From NCBI GenBank assembly GCA_002104945.1, contig MCFH01000033.1:124001-188000 (forward strand): a DNA stretch of 64,000 bases. The letters run 5' to 3'. Position 1 is the first letter of the stretch. The number at the start of each line of letters is the position of its first letter. Below are positions 17,886 to 39,250 of the stretch, piece after piece. Position numbers and translations under genes: made by a program. Below the pieces are notes generated by a model. That model was not told the origin of the DNA, did no database searches, and saw only the letters and a list, made by a program, of their open reading frames with translations. The DNA comes from Piromyces finnis finn. Its lineage: Eukaryota; Fungi; Neocallimastigomycota.

Positions 17886-19586
17886 ATGGATTATGAAAAA
17901 TTTCAATTGGAATTATTGAATCAATTAAGTTCAGAAAATAATGAATGCATAGAATTTATAGAAAAAAATAAAGAAACAATTATTAAAAACTTTGGTGAAA
18001 AAGCAGATATTAAAAAAATTTATAATTTTACAAATAAAATTAATGATATTATTGTTAGTGATAAACTTAACTTGAACTACGAATTAATAGAAGATGTACT
18101 AAAACACCCTTATTTTAATAATGTATTAAAAATATTTCGAAATAGTGATGTTTTGGTAAGAGCTTGTAGAGTCAAAAATGAAAGAGCTGGTAAATGGCTT
18201 ATAGGAATGAATATCAATCCCTATATACAAGATGAAAACGGTGTTACTGCTTTAATGTATGCTACTCAAAATTGTATTTTATCTATATTAAATCAATATT
18301 CTAATGATAATAAATGTTTGACTCTTGTCGATAAAAATGGTGAAAATGCTTTATTTTATTTTGTTCGTTCTCCAGTTTTTTACGGAGAGGAACGTCAAAA
18401 TCAATGGCTTCTTAATCCTATAATTGATATCAATCATAAAAATAATAATGGAGAAACACTTTTAATATATTGTGCCAAAAATGATATATTAAAACCTATT
18501 AATAAATATATACTAAAAAATCCTTCAATAGATGTTAATATTGTTGATAATGAAGGAAAAACAGCTATCATGTATTTAACAGAACGTGGAAGACATTTAG
18601 AGATTTTTAATTTACGTAATAAAAATTGTAATTATGATTATAAAAATTCAAAAAATCAATCTGCTTTATCTATTCTTATTAAAAAAATGTATTCCGAGCC
18701 AGATGATCTGTATAAGGATAACTATTATAATTATGTTCAGATTATGGCTGATTTTATTAGATATCAATGTGATTTCAATTGTTCTGTTGATATTAACGAT
18801 AATACCCCGTTTATGATTTTACTATTAGCAAATGATATGCAAACAGCAGAATTTTGTATTAGAAGAATAGGAAAATTAGATCTTTCTGTGAAGAATAAAT
18901 ATGAAGAAAATGCTACTTCTTTATTCTGTAAATTAAATCTTTTTTCTGATTTATCTAATTTAATAAATAATATTACTTTTGATTATTATTACCGAGACCC
19001 TGTGAATCAGAACACCTTATTAACGATTTCAGCTATTCATAGGTCATCTTTATTGAATAATTTATTACAAAATGATCCAAATATTATCAATGATGTAAAT
19101 ATATATAATGAAAATGCTTTAATCATTGCTAGCAAAGCTAATCAAGACATAAATGTTGAAACATTACTAAAGTACGGTATTCATATTAATCATCAAGATA
19201 ATGAAGGAAATACAGCGCTTCATTATGCTGTTGAAATTGGAGCATATACTATTGTAAAACAATTAGTAGACAAGAATGCAGATATTAACCTAAAAAATAA
19301 GAAAGGCATATCTCCATTGGATTATGCATTTGAAATTGATAAGGGTAAAAATGATTTATATAAAATGTTAACTCAGCAGCTTGATTCAGGAAAAATGAAA
19401 AAAATAATGAAAGGAAAAATGAATAATAAAGAAAATAATACTAAATATATAGGGAACATTGAAAGTTATACCGTACCAAACGGTAATGAGAATTATCAGT
19501 ATGTTAAATTAAGAAACTATATAAATGTCATTAAAAGTAGAATATATAATGGTGAAAACATGGATTTTGATTTTAAAAATTATTAG
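17886..19586 (+). CDS. Intronless ankyrin-repeat protein (566 aa)
   Basis: Single ORF with ankyrin motifs DENGVTALMYA, NNNGETLLIYCA, DNEGKTAIMYL, ENALIIAS and DNEGNTALHYAVEIGAYTIVKQLVDKNADIN. Confidence 0.93.
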   Translation: MDYEKFQLELLNQLSSENNECIEFIEKNKETIIKNFGEKADIKKIYNFTNKINDIIVSDKLNLNYELIEDVLKHPYFNNVLKIFRNSDVLVRACRVKNERAGKWLIGMNINPYIQDENGVTALMYATQNCILSILNQYSNDNKCLTLVDKNGENALFYFVRSPVFYGEERQNQWLLNPIIDINHKNNNGETLLIYCAKNDILKPINKYILKNPSIDVNIVDNEGKTAIMYLTERGRHLEIFNLRNKNCNYDYKNSKNQSALSILIKKMYSEPDDLYKDNYYNYVQIMADFIRYQCDFNCSVDINDNTPFMILLLANDMQTAEFCIRRIGKLDLSVKNKYEENATSLFCKLNLFSDLSNLINNITFDYYYRDPVNQNTLLTISAIHRSSLLNNLLQNDPNIINDVNIYNENALIIASKANQDINVETLLKYGIHINHQDNEGNTALHYAVEIGAYTIVKQLVDKNADINLKNKKGISPLDYAFEIDKGKNDLYKMLTQQLDSGKMKKIMKGKMNNKENNTKYIGNIESYTVPNGNENYQYVKLRNYINVIKSRIYNGENMDFDFKNY

Positions 19587-20527
19587 GTAAATCTTTTAAA
19601 AATTTTGATCTTTTTAAATTTTTATGTAGACAAAGTATTTATTGGTGAATACTAAAATAAAATATTATTATATAAAATTTTAAATTTAAATAAATTATAC
19701 TTTCTATAATTAATAAAATAGTAAGTTTTAAAGTGTTAAAATGAAAATTTTAAAAAATAAAATAATTCAATGTATTACAATGGATATTTTACTTTAATTT
19801 ATTATTAAAAAAGGAAAAATTCAATAAATAAAGTTTTAATAACCATCGCTAATAATATATTACATTTAATCAATCTTTTAAAGTGTCAATATACAATTTT
19901 ATAATCTAATACTTTTTTTTTTATAATAATAAAATTTATAAAGGATCATAAAAAAAAAAAAAAAACGTTATTTATAGTTTTTTTCCCTATAGACTTTTAT
20001 GACATATATTTTTTTTTAAGTTTTTTAATTGTTAAATATAAAAAAAAAAAGTTCATATTATATAAAACCTTTTCTTTAATTATTATAATTAAAATTAAAT
20101 TGACCATTAGAATTGAATTATTTTTTATATAATTTTGATTTTGGATAAATGATATGAAACTTTTGGTTAAGGAATCAAAATTTTAATTATAATTAATAAT
20201 ACCATAAGTCATACTTTTTCATTAAAAATTATATACAGAATGAAATAATAATAAAAACATGTTATAAAAATTTTTATAATAATAAGTGTATTAAAACCTT
20301 TTTTTTTTTTTTTTTAATTTTCAATTCCTTTTAAAATAGAGGATGTTTAAATAATAATATAGAAATTTTTGTTATTTTTGTTATTTTTAATTAAATATAT
20401 AAATTAATATAAATTAATAATTAAATATTTTTAAATATATATTTTTTTTTTATCCATTTTTAAAAATTATTATTTTAATCCAGTTAAAACCTTTTTTTTT
20501 TTCATTCATATAGATTAGAAAAAAAAA

Positions 20528-23500
20528 ATGGAGGGTTTAAATTCAGTAGATATATTAAATGAAAATCATATTGATAATATTAATCAAAACGCAGTTACTG
20601 CTTTAAAAAATAAGGTAATAAATAATGATATAGAGAAAAAAGCCGAAATTTTAGCGACAGCACAATATAATCCAGTAGAAGAAGAAATTGAAGTATTAAA
20701 AATAGAATCAGAAGAAGAAGAAAATAAAACCGTTGAAAATAAAGATGAATTAAATGAATTAGAAGAAGAAAATAAAACTGTTGAAAATAAAGATGAATTA
20801 AATGAATTAGAAGAAGATAATAATAATGGCAATGATGTTGATAATGATAAAAATGGTGGTAATGATAAAGAGTTAGAACGTCAAAAGAAAGAAGAAGAAG
20901 AAGAGGAACAAAATACATTAAAGGAATCATATTCAAATTCATCAAAAGAGGAATGTCATCAAAAGAATAGTATTGGTGGTAGTGAAAGCAATTTAGTTAA
21001 TAAATTAATTAGTAATATTCAAGAAGAAAGCTATAGAATGGGATCAATGGACAGTATTTCCAGAAAAAAGTTACAAATGAATAAAAAGTTCCAGGAATTG
21101 AGGGATTCTCAAGCTAATCTTAATAGGGCAATGTCTACAGAAGATCATTTTGTAAAGAAAAATGAAAAAGGATTAAGTGATGATGCAATTAATATAATAA
21201 ATAAAGAAAAGGGAACAACCTATAAAGACGAATGTGATGCTAGTAGTGATGAAGAAACACAAAGTGTAAATGAGGAAACATTTGATGTTGATGTAATTCG
21301 TAAATTTGAAAAAAGAAATACGATTCATGTTCCATTACATAAGAGTAATTATGAAGATATCAATTCTTCTTGTTTAGGACCTGTATTTGCAAATATTAAC
21401 ATGGATAATGGGGTTAAAAATATTATTAATGAACTTTTTGAAGTAATTGAAAATAATGTTAAACCTATTGCAAATGCTGAAGATATATCAAAAGTACTTT
21501 TAAGGAATAATGGTAAAGCTACAGAAGAAAATAATGAATTTAATATTACTACTATTAGTAATGAAGTTGGTGATTTATTTATGAACCAAAGATATGAAGA
21601 TGCTTATAATTTAATTGTACTCAAAGTTAATAGTAATTACCGTGTTCAAATGTGTGAAGAAATTTTGACTACCGTTAATTCCATTATAGTCTTATTCTGT
21701 TTAAATGAAAAGATTCAAGATAGATTTAGATCCTTCTACACCGAGAAACATTCAAAATTAGATAGAAATTCATTATTAGAAGTTATGAATTCTGTAGATA
21801 TTATTTCACCACCAGAAAAAATTATTTTGGGTTATTGTCTTTACTATCTTATTCATTCTAAAAATAAGAAATTAGCACCAGAAACCTATAAAGAATTATC
21901 GGCTGCCTTGGCTAAAAATCAAGATTATAATTATGCATTAAGTCTCTTAAAGGATATGGGTAGACAGTATTGGGATAAGAAGACCTATCAAATTGCCCTC
22001 GATTTATGTATTAAGATGAAACCACAAAAATTAGAATATGCTGAAAGTCTTCTCAATGACTATGGTCAACCTTACATTGTAGAAAAGAATGAAAACAGTT
22101 TAGTTCCTATTATTATTTCTACTCCATTAATGATTGGAGTTACCAAACATGAAATTAAGGAAATGCGTAATTACTATAAAGAATTATTAAGAGTATTTAA
22201 GTGGAAAATGGCTCTTGATAATTTTGAAACAGCAAAAGATGCTATTTATACTAAGAAGGAAATGTTACAACTAAAGAATGCAATGTTAGAATTATGTGTC
22301 ACTTATAAAGAATTCCAACATGGTTGGTCAATTTTCCAAGCCATGACTGAATGTAATAAAAACACCGCTCAAGTTGCTATAACTCTTTGTCGTGAAGCCA
22401 TTAATTTTAACAATGAAGCTGATGAACAACTTACCTATCGTATTGGATGGGTTAATAGAGCTTGGGATATTGTTTTATCCTTAAAAGAATGGGCATCTTA
22501 TAATATGCCAAATTTAGTTGGTAAGAAGAATCAATCAACCATTAAAAAGAACAAGCGTAATATTATTATTATCCCAGAATGTATTAAAAATAAACTCAAG
22601 GATTACAAGGTTGATTCCCAAGAAAAAACTAAAGAAGTTAATAATGGCAAGGAAAGCATTGCTGATGTAAGTAAAAGAAAGAAATCCATATTCAAAAATT
22701 CAAAACCAGTTGAATTACCAAAGCATCTTGCTCATTCTAATTTCAATTTGATGAATATTGATAAAAATAGTATGATTTCAATTTTAGCCTTTGTTTTTCA
22801 CGAAATGTTATGTATTTTTGAAACTGTTCCAAATATGGAAGTATTTTTACTTCACCTTATTGAAATTTACAATTTCTTATATGAAAATAATATCAATGAA
22901 ATTCTTTGTGATGAATATTTAATACGTCCTATCATCCGTTTCTGTTTAAAGTGCAGATTAGGAGAAAAATATAAGAAGTTTAACTTTAATAATATGGAAA
23001 AAGATGAATCTTTTATGAAAGATAGAAATGTTAAATTTTCTTCTCCTTCTAGTGAGATAAGTGAGGATGAAGCCAACTTAAGAATGAATAGAAGAGGAAG
23101 AGGCATGTCAATTAATAAAAATCAACAAATAAATGATATTTTATATGAACATATTAAAAATAACATGAATAAGATAGAAGAAACAGAAACTCCAGCAGAT
23201 CCTGAATTTGAAAAAGAAAAGAATAAAATATGTACAAGAATTGCATTAGATTGTTATTACAATATATGTGGAGGAAATACAGAAATGGAGGTTAAGAAAT
23301 GTCATTCTAATACTTATGCCATGATTCTTCATTTTGCAATCTTGGAAAAAAACGCTAAACTTTTTGAAGATATTTGTAATGATTTATGGTATGCTAGAAT
23401 TCAATTAGATGAAGAAGTAGTTATGGCATTACAATACTTCCATGATAATAATATTGAGGCCTGTTGTTCTTCCTGCAGTGAAAAAGACCACTTCTTCTCT

Positions 23501-23710
23501 GCAGCAGTTTCTGTACAACCATATAAATATGAAAAACAAAAATTCATTGTTCTTAATGGTATTCGTATGCGTACTCCATTAGATTTATCTTTCTTGAAGA
23601 AAATCGGTACCATTAATGGTAGACCATACAGCCAAGAAGAAGCACGTAAATTCTTAAATCATTGTATAAATCAATGCAATCCTAAGAGAAGACTTTCAAT
23701 GTCCGTTTAA
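20528..23710 (+). CDS. Intronless 1060-aa hypothetical protein: acidic/low-complexity N-terminus plus a helical PPR/TPR-like region
   Basis: A 3.2-kb open frame in very AT-rich DNA is clearly coding. PPR-like segments are TYKELSAALAKNQDYNYALSLLKDM, LKNAMLELCVTYKEFQHGWSIFQAM and SNTYAMILHFAILEKNAKLFEDICNDLWYARIQLD. The family call is tentative. Confidence 0.8.
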   Translation: MEGLNSVDILNENHIDNINQNAVTALKNKVINNDIEKKAEILATAQYNPVEEEIEVLKIESEEEENKTVENKDELNELEEENKTVENKDELNELEEDNNNGNDVDNDKNGGNDKELERQKKEEEEEEQNTLKESYSNSSKEECHQKNSIGGSESNLVNKLISNIQEESYRMGSMDSISRKKLQMNKKFQELRDSQANLNRAMSTEDHFVKKNEKGLSDDAINIINKEKGTTYKDECDASSDEETQSVNEETFDVDVIRKFEKRNTIHVPLHKSNYEDINSSCLGPVFANINMDNGVKNIINELFEVIENNVKPIANAEDISKVLLRNNGKATEENNEFNITTISNEVGDLFMNQRYEDAYNLIVLKVNSNYRVQMCEEILTTVNSIIVLFCLNEKIQDRFRSFYTEKHSKLDRNSLLEVMNSVDIISPPEKIILGYCLYYLIHSKNKKLAPETYKELSAALAKNQDYNYALSLLKDMGRQYWDKKTYQIALDLCIKMKPQKLEYAESLLNDYGQPYIVEKNENSLVPIIISTPLMIGVTKHEIKEMRNYYKELLRVFKWKMALDNFETAKDAIYTKKEMLQLKNAMLELCVTYKEFQHGWSIFQAMTECNKNTAQVAITLCREAINFNNEADEQLTYRIGWVNRAWDIVLSLKEWASYNMPNLVGKKNQSTIKKNKRNIIIIPECIKNKLKDYKVDSQEKTKEVNNGKESIADVSKRKKSIFKNSKPVELPKHLAHSNFNLMNIDKNSMISILAFVFHEMLCIFETVPNMEVFLLHLIEIYNFLYENNINEILCDEYLIRPIIRFCLKCRLGEKYKKFNFNNMEKDESFMKDRNVKFSSPSSEISEDEANLRMNRRGRGMSINKNQQINDILYEHIKNNMNKIEETETPADPEFEKEKNKICTRIALDCYYNICGGNTEMEVKKCHSNTYAMILHFAILEKNAKLFEDICNDLWYARIQLDEEVVMALQYFHDNNIEACCSSCSEKDHFFSAAVSVQPYKYEKQKFIVLNGIRMRTPLDLSFLKKIGTINGRPYSQEEARKFLNHCINQCNPKRRLSMSV
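20714..20815 (+). repeat. In-frame 48-bp tandem duplication (EEENKTVENKDELNEL x2)
   Basis: Two near-identical 48-nt units at 20714-20761 and 20762-20809, differing by one synonymous change (acc/act). Confidence 0.95.
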
Positions 23711-23989
23711 TTTAGATAATATTTTTTATTTATAAATTACTTTTTATTATGAATGTTTATTTTTTTTATTTTATTAAATAAAAACATTTATAGATATTAT
23801 TATTTTAAAAACTATTTAATTTATATATGTAGTTAAAATACAATTATTATTTAATTAGATTAAATAATATTTAGTATTCATTAAAAAAAAAAATAAATTT
23901 TTAATAAAAGAAAAATTATATAGAAAAATAAAGATATTTGAATATATTATTAATATTTTGATGAAAATTGGAATGTATTATTATTATTC

Positions 23990-24136
<147 letters not shown>

Positions 24137-26852
24137 TGAATTATTATTATACTAAAATATTTAATCTTAATAAATTAGAATGTAAAGGAAAGACTGTGAA
24201 AATGATGATAATGATAATAGAATAATAAAAAAATTGTTTTTAGATAAAACTAAGTAGAATTAAAAAAAAGACAAAATGTGTAATTATTTTAAAAGATAAA
24301 AATGATTTTAAAGAATATAGAAATTATGTTAAAAATAATTTTAATAGTTTAGCTAATGAGTAGTACCAATTTTATGAAAATTATTATATAAAATTAGTTA
24401 TATTTTTAAATCTAGAAAGACACAAATATATAAAAGTATTAATTACTTTCTATATATTAGTTTAAAGTTTACTTTTTTAATAATAAAAAACTAAAGAAAT
24501 AAAATTTATAATAAAGTTTTCTTTTTGTACTTTTTTTTTATTTTATTTAATACATAAAATACATTATATAAAGGTTAAGACATTAAATATTTCTATAGTG
24601 CATATAGTGTATGTATAAATTACTTATATTATATTATACTATATACTATATTATACTATATTTTGAATCCTTTAAAAAAAACCATTTATTATCGCTTCAT
24701 TTCATAATATTTTTAAAAAAATATGAACTATAGTAATACTAAATAATGATGGTATAATATATATTATAACATTTTAATAATTAAATTCATGAATGACCTC
24801 CTTCATGACCGTTGAATGAGTGACGTGGTGAAGTGCCTGGTTTATTTTTTTGTTTATTGTTAATTATTAACTAAATTTATATAAATTAATTTTTTTAATT
24901 ATATATATAATTTTATGAAATTTTATTTAAAAAAACACTCAACACACTTTTTTTAATATAAATTCTATCAGGTGGGATATTTCATATATTAATTTTATTC
25001 TAATATATTTAATAGAGATATCATATATAGAATTGAATATATTTTAATATACCATCTCAATATATTTTCAAATAAATCAAAAATAATAAAATTTAAATAA
25101 TTGGAAAATAAATGGATGATATATGTTTTTATATATTAATAATATATTTTATTAAACTATATTCATTATATAATAAAATTTAATTAAAGCATCTATTTTA
25201 ATATAAAAAATGTTTACTTAACAATAAATAATAATGGTATATACAATTATATTTAATAAATAAAGTGTAAAGGAATATTTATATATATAATTGATTTCTT
25301 TTTATTTATATTTATTATCAATCTATAGAAAAATAATATTTTTTTTTTCATTTTTATTTATACTTTCTATCTTAACAAAAAGGATGAATGTTCTCTCTTC
25401 CCATTTATTCTCGTTACCACATTTTTTTAAAAAAAAAAGATATTTTTTAATATATTAAAAATTTTGTAAATAATTTATTTTCAAACTTTAATTATTATTA
25501 AAATGAAATTAAATTATTTAATTTATTTTTTGATCATGCTATTGGTTTTTTAATAAAAAATAGTAAAATTAATTTTTTTGAGTTTGATAGAAAAATAAAA
25601 AGCAGTTTATCTTTTTTTAAAAAAAAAAAAATTTAAATTAGTGTTTTTATAGCTTTTTTTAATAGTTTTAAATTAATGTTAGAATCACCTCAAGAAACTC
25701 TTTTCATGGTAATAAAACAAAAAGAGTTTGTATAGTGAAGAAAAATAATCTAATCTAATATTAAAACAAATAAAAGCAATAAAAATGTATTTTATATAAA
25801 AATAAGAATAACTGTAATAAATTTATTAAAGCTTTCAAGTATAAAATTTATTATATACCATTTTTTAAAGGAATCTAATTAAAAAAGGAGAAAAACAATA
25901 ATAGCAAAAAAAAGAATATTTTATATTTATAAATATATACTCATATATTTTTTAATATATATAAAAAGGTAATTAAAAACTGGAGTAGTATAAACTATAA
26001 AATAAAGAATAGTAAATTTATATATATATATATATATATATACTAATATTCTATATATATATTTTAAAGGACAATATTCTATATCAAATTATACTTGTTC
26101 TTTCAATAATTATTTATTTTTACTATGTATATTTTGAGTGTTAAATAAAAGATTTAAAAAATGCTTAAAAGTATGACAAAATAAAAGAAAAAATTCTAAA
26201 GTGATTAATTATTTTAAATAATTACACATAAGCAAACATTATTTCTCTTAATGAAATTGTTTAATATTTTATGAAGTTAATATTAAAAATTATATTTATA
26301 AAGTTAATATATAAATATAATTCAATAATTAATACACTTGTATCAACATTGGTTTAATTTTACTATTATATTCACATCTTTGTATAATATACCAAAATAG
26401 AAATATATTTTGTAAATATTATAATAAAAAAGCAATAAAGTATCATTAAATTGGTAATATTAATTCAAAAAGAAAGAATAAAACATAAAAATAAAAAAAG
26501 AAGAAAAAATAGTAATATTATTAAAGAAGAAAAAGTTGTAATATAAAGTGTATAAAAATAAAATATAAATTCTTTGAAAATTTCAAAAGCAAAGCAACAA
26601 AAACCAACTTTTATTAAATAATGTAAATTAAAAAAAAAAAAAGCGAAAAAACAAAAATTAAACATAAATATTATATTGTGTAATAAAGATATTTATTTTT
26701 TTTAAAGTAATTACAAATAAAGTAAATTACTTTATATTTGTATATATTATATATAATAATAATAATATAATAATAACAATTGTAAATATAATTAAACATA
26801 ATTAATAATAATCATTTTTGAAAAAGTAAAAAATAATAATAATAAAAAAAAC

Positions 26853-27920
26853 ATGGATAATTTTGAAAAAAATTATACTATTTTACCAGTGGAGATTACA
26901 TTAAGAATATTTAGTTTTCTTGATTTAACAGAACTTGTTGAATTAAGTAAAATTAATTCTTATTATAAAAACCTTACTAAAATAGCGTATATAGAAAGAG
27001 TAATTAATAGTAGACTTATTATGGAAATACATTTAGGTACAGAACAACCTATTAACATAAGATATGAATGTTCAAAATTCAATAGGAATACTGAACAAAC
27101 CACATGGAAGCCAACTGCTATAATTGGTTCTAAAAATAGAAGATCAGTCAACACAAAAGAAAAAATAATATTGAAAAGAATATATTTTGAAAATGAACCC
27201 AAGATGACTGGTAAGTATTAATAATTAATAATTATTAACTTCAATAAATTGTTACTAATTATCTTTACTATTATTATATTTTAACAAACTAAAATAGAAA
27301 AAGATAATTACAATTTAATCCATTTAGTTAAAGGTGGAATGGATATTAAAGATTCTGGTATAGAGTGCATTAAAGGAGAAGAAAAATTAGTTGAATTACA
27401 TAAAAAGTTAAAGAAAAATTTAAAAAATAAAAGAAAGTTAAACTTGTTTAAGATAAAAAATAAAAGCTATAAAAGCGAAAAAAATAATTTTTTATCAAAA
27501 AAAAGTTTTAATAAAGAAGAGAAAATCAATACGGAATTTTATTCAGATGTTCCAATAATACCCAATGGATCTGTAAAAAGTGTAGATAGTATATCCTCAT
27601 ATTTAACAAAACATTGTGATGATGGATATATGATAAATAATCAATGTTTATACTTTTTTGATTGTGATGAACTTATTAGAGACACTATAAAATGGAGTTT
27701 TGAATATAAAGTTGAGTCAGTTTCAAAAGGTGAAGGTGAAACTTTGCAAAAACTACAGCCTTCAAAACTAAGATTACCTATAAACATATTTTTCCAGAAT
27801 AAGCAGGATATAGTATCAAATAGTAAAAATCATAATTACTCTAAATATAAAGCTATCGTAAAAAAGAATATGTTAAGCATTCTAGTAAGATTTAGCGCAT
27901 CTGCTATTAACCCTATTTAA
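26853..27920 (+). CDS. F-box domain protein; 2 exons (26853-27210, 27298-27920)
   Basis: N-terminal F-box motif ILPVEITLRIFSFLDLTELVELSKINSYYKNL. The intron 27211-27297 (gtaagt...tag) joins the two ORFs in frame (MT-E-KDNYNLIHLVKGGMDIK). Confidence 0.85.
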
Positions 27921-28855
27921 ATTCAAATTTCTTATTCTTATTTTAATTCCTTTATATAGTTTAAAAATTCTTATTCCAATATAAATCATTATTATACATT
28001 CATTCTACTAAAAACATTTATTTATTTTTTTTTTTAAAATAAAAAAATAAAACTTAATAAAATATAAATAATAACAATTGTTTATAAATAAGACTATTGT
28101 TTCATAATCATCATTATTATGTTTTAAGTAATGCTTATTTTTATAATTATTATTTTGTTTTAATATAAAGTAAAAAATATGGGTATAATAGATTTTAAAA
28201 TTAATATTCTTTTTTTTTTTTTTTTTTATTCATTGTCGTTGTACAAAAAAAATAAAGAATAGGAATAGTTTTTTTTATTAATTTTAAAAAAAAATATATA
28301 TAAATAGGTTTTTTTTTCTTCATATTATTATTAATAATTATACTTTCATAATTAAATTAACTATATTTAGAAAAATTAAAACTTTGAAAAATTGATTTTT
28401 ATAATTTTAAAAAAAAAGAATATTATGGCTATTTAACTTTGATGCTTTATACATGTTAATATAATTATAAATAAATGTATTTATAATATTTTTTATTTAT
28501 TTTCTATTCTTTTTATTCATTTATTCATTCATTGCTTGATGCTTGATGTGTTTATAAAATATAAATAAAATCATCGTGGGAGTAAAAAAAAATATATTAA
28601 TTATAGCTAAAGAAAAATAATCATTTAATTATTAACTTTATTTATATGAAAATAACTTATTTCTAAATTAAATTTATTTTTATAATAATGCATTATGTTG
28701 GTAATTACAAGATATGACAAATATATATTTTAAAAAAAAGTTCGTTATCATCATTAAATTTATTTTTTATAATATATATTATATTGTAATACTAATAATA
28801 ATAATAGTAAAAAAGGAAATGTAATTGATTTTCCCCCTTTATTAATTTTATAAAA

Positions 28856-28886
<31 letters not shown>

Positions 28887-29002
28887 CAATATTTTTTTAA
28901 AAATCAATTACCAAAGAAAACCATATATATATAATATATCTATATAAAAATACTATTATTTTATTTAAAAATCAATAAAAATAATATCCCCAATATATAA
29001 AA

Positions 29003-30343
29003 ATGAATTCAAAGCAACCAACACAACATAAAGTACCGAATCTAAAATATTTATTTCCAACACCAGATGTATTAAAAATAACATGGACAAATGATGCTCA
29101 AGGTTTTGTATATCAATTAACTAAATATATCATTACAAATACAAATTCATTAAAAATTGAAAATGAAGACGATTTTGTATTGGTATATGAAGGGGATAAA
29201 CAATTTGTTACCATCAATAATATATTTCCTGGTTCATATTGTTTTAGATTAAGAGTTAAAAAACCAAAAGATCGTCATTGGAGTATGGATTATAAAGAAA
29301 CATTTATTCAAATAGGTAAATAATGATTTACATTATATATATATTAATTAGCTATTAGGTTATATTAGTTAAACATCTTCAAGAATAAAATGGAACAATA
29401 ATATTATATTGAATTTTATATATACTATATTGTTATAAAAAACTTTTTTTTTATTAATATATTTTTATTATTAAATGTTATAATAATAAAAAAAGATTAC
29501 TCATGTATGTCTGAAAAGATGATAAATTCTGAGATAGATCAAATTATAAAATCAAATGATTATAAAAAATTAGAATCCTTTTTGTCAAGATATAGATCAC
29601 AAATTAATGTTGATCGAACCAATGAATATGGGAAAACAATGCTTATGGAAGCAGCTCAAAATGGAAGCGCTGATGTTGTTAGTATACTATTAAAATATGG
29701 AGCAAATGTTAATACATCGACAAAAAGTGGTAAAACCGCATTACTTTTCGCAATTAATGCTTTGAATGTTAATTGTGTTAAAAATTTATTAAAATGCAAA
29801 TATATTGATGTTGATGCTAAAGATTCAAGTGGTACCAATGCTTTAATGCATTGTGCTGAAACAAGTAATAATGCATATGCCTATGAAATTGCAAAATTAT
29901 TAATCGATCATGGTGCAGATATTAAGGCTTCGGATTCCGATGGAATGAATGCTCTTGATCATTTAGCATTAAGTGTTAAAGGTGGTAATGTAGAAGTCGC
30001 AAAATTATTTGTTCAACATGGATTAAAGCCATACGAATCACCAAGTAATACAAAAGAAAATACTGCTAGTTTATCAAAATCCAAAACAAATTTGTCGTCA
30101 AAAAAAGGAAAATCTACTTTACTTTCAGCAGCTTTAAATGGTCACACCAAATTTTGTCAATTTTTAATTAGTGAATGTCACTGTGATCCATATCAAACTA
30201 GTTCAAGTGGCTATAATGGAAAAGATTTTGCCACTTTTTCAGGATATGATGAAACAGCTCGTCTATTTCAATCTATTTATGATAAAAAATATTTACTAGA
30301 AAATGGTAATATGAAGGATCCTTCTAGATTAAAACCAATTTAA
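29003..30343 (+). CDS. FANK1: Fibronectin type III plus ankyrin-repeat protein (FANK1-like); 2 exons (29003-29315, 29496-30343)
   Basis: Exon 1 is FN3-like (LKITW...LVYEGDKQFVTINNIFPGSYCFRLRV). The intron 29316-29495 splices in frame (QI-D-YSCMSEK). Exon 2 has about 6 ankyrin repeats (GKTMLMEAA, GKTALLFA, GTNALMHCA, GMNALDHLA, STLLSAALNGH). Orthology rests on domain architecture only. Confidence 0.72.
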
Positions 30344-30743
30344 GTTTTTTTTTTTTTTTGTATAATATTTATATATATTATATATATAATAGATAAATAG
30401 AAAAAAGTAATTAAAATATAAAAAATATATATTAATTGTTCAAATAATACTTTATATAAACTTTTATAAATATAATACTTTTTTTTTTATTTTTATTTTT
30501 TTTTTGTTTATTATCTATCAATATATAATAGAAATATATTATATAAAAAATTTTTTTACTAAAGTATTTTTACTTTTTATTAACAAAATTATTTAATTAA
30601 TATTTCATATATAAATTAAATTACTTTTACCATAAAAAGAAGTTCATTTTCAAATTATTATTATTTTTTTTTTAAAATTTTATTTTATAAAAAAGTTTAA
30701 AAAGTAATATATAAAATGATTTAATTTTATAAAAAAAAAAAAA

Positions 30744-39250
<8,507 letters not shown>

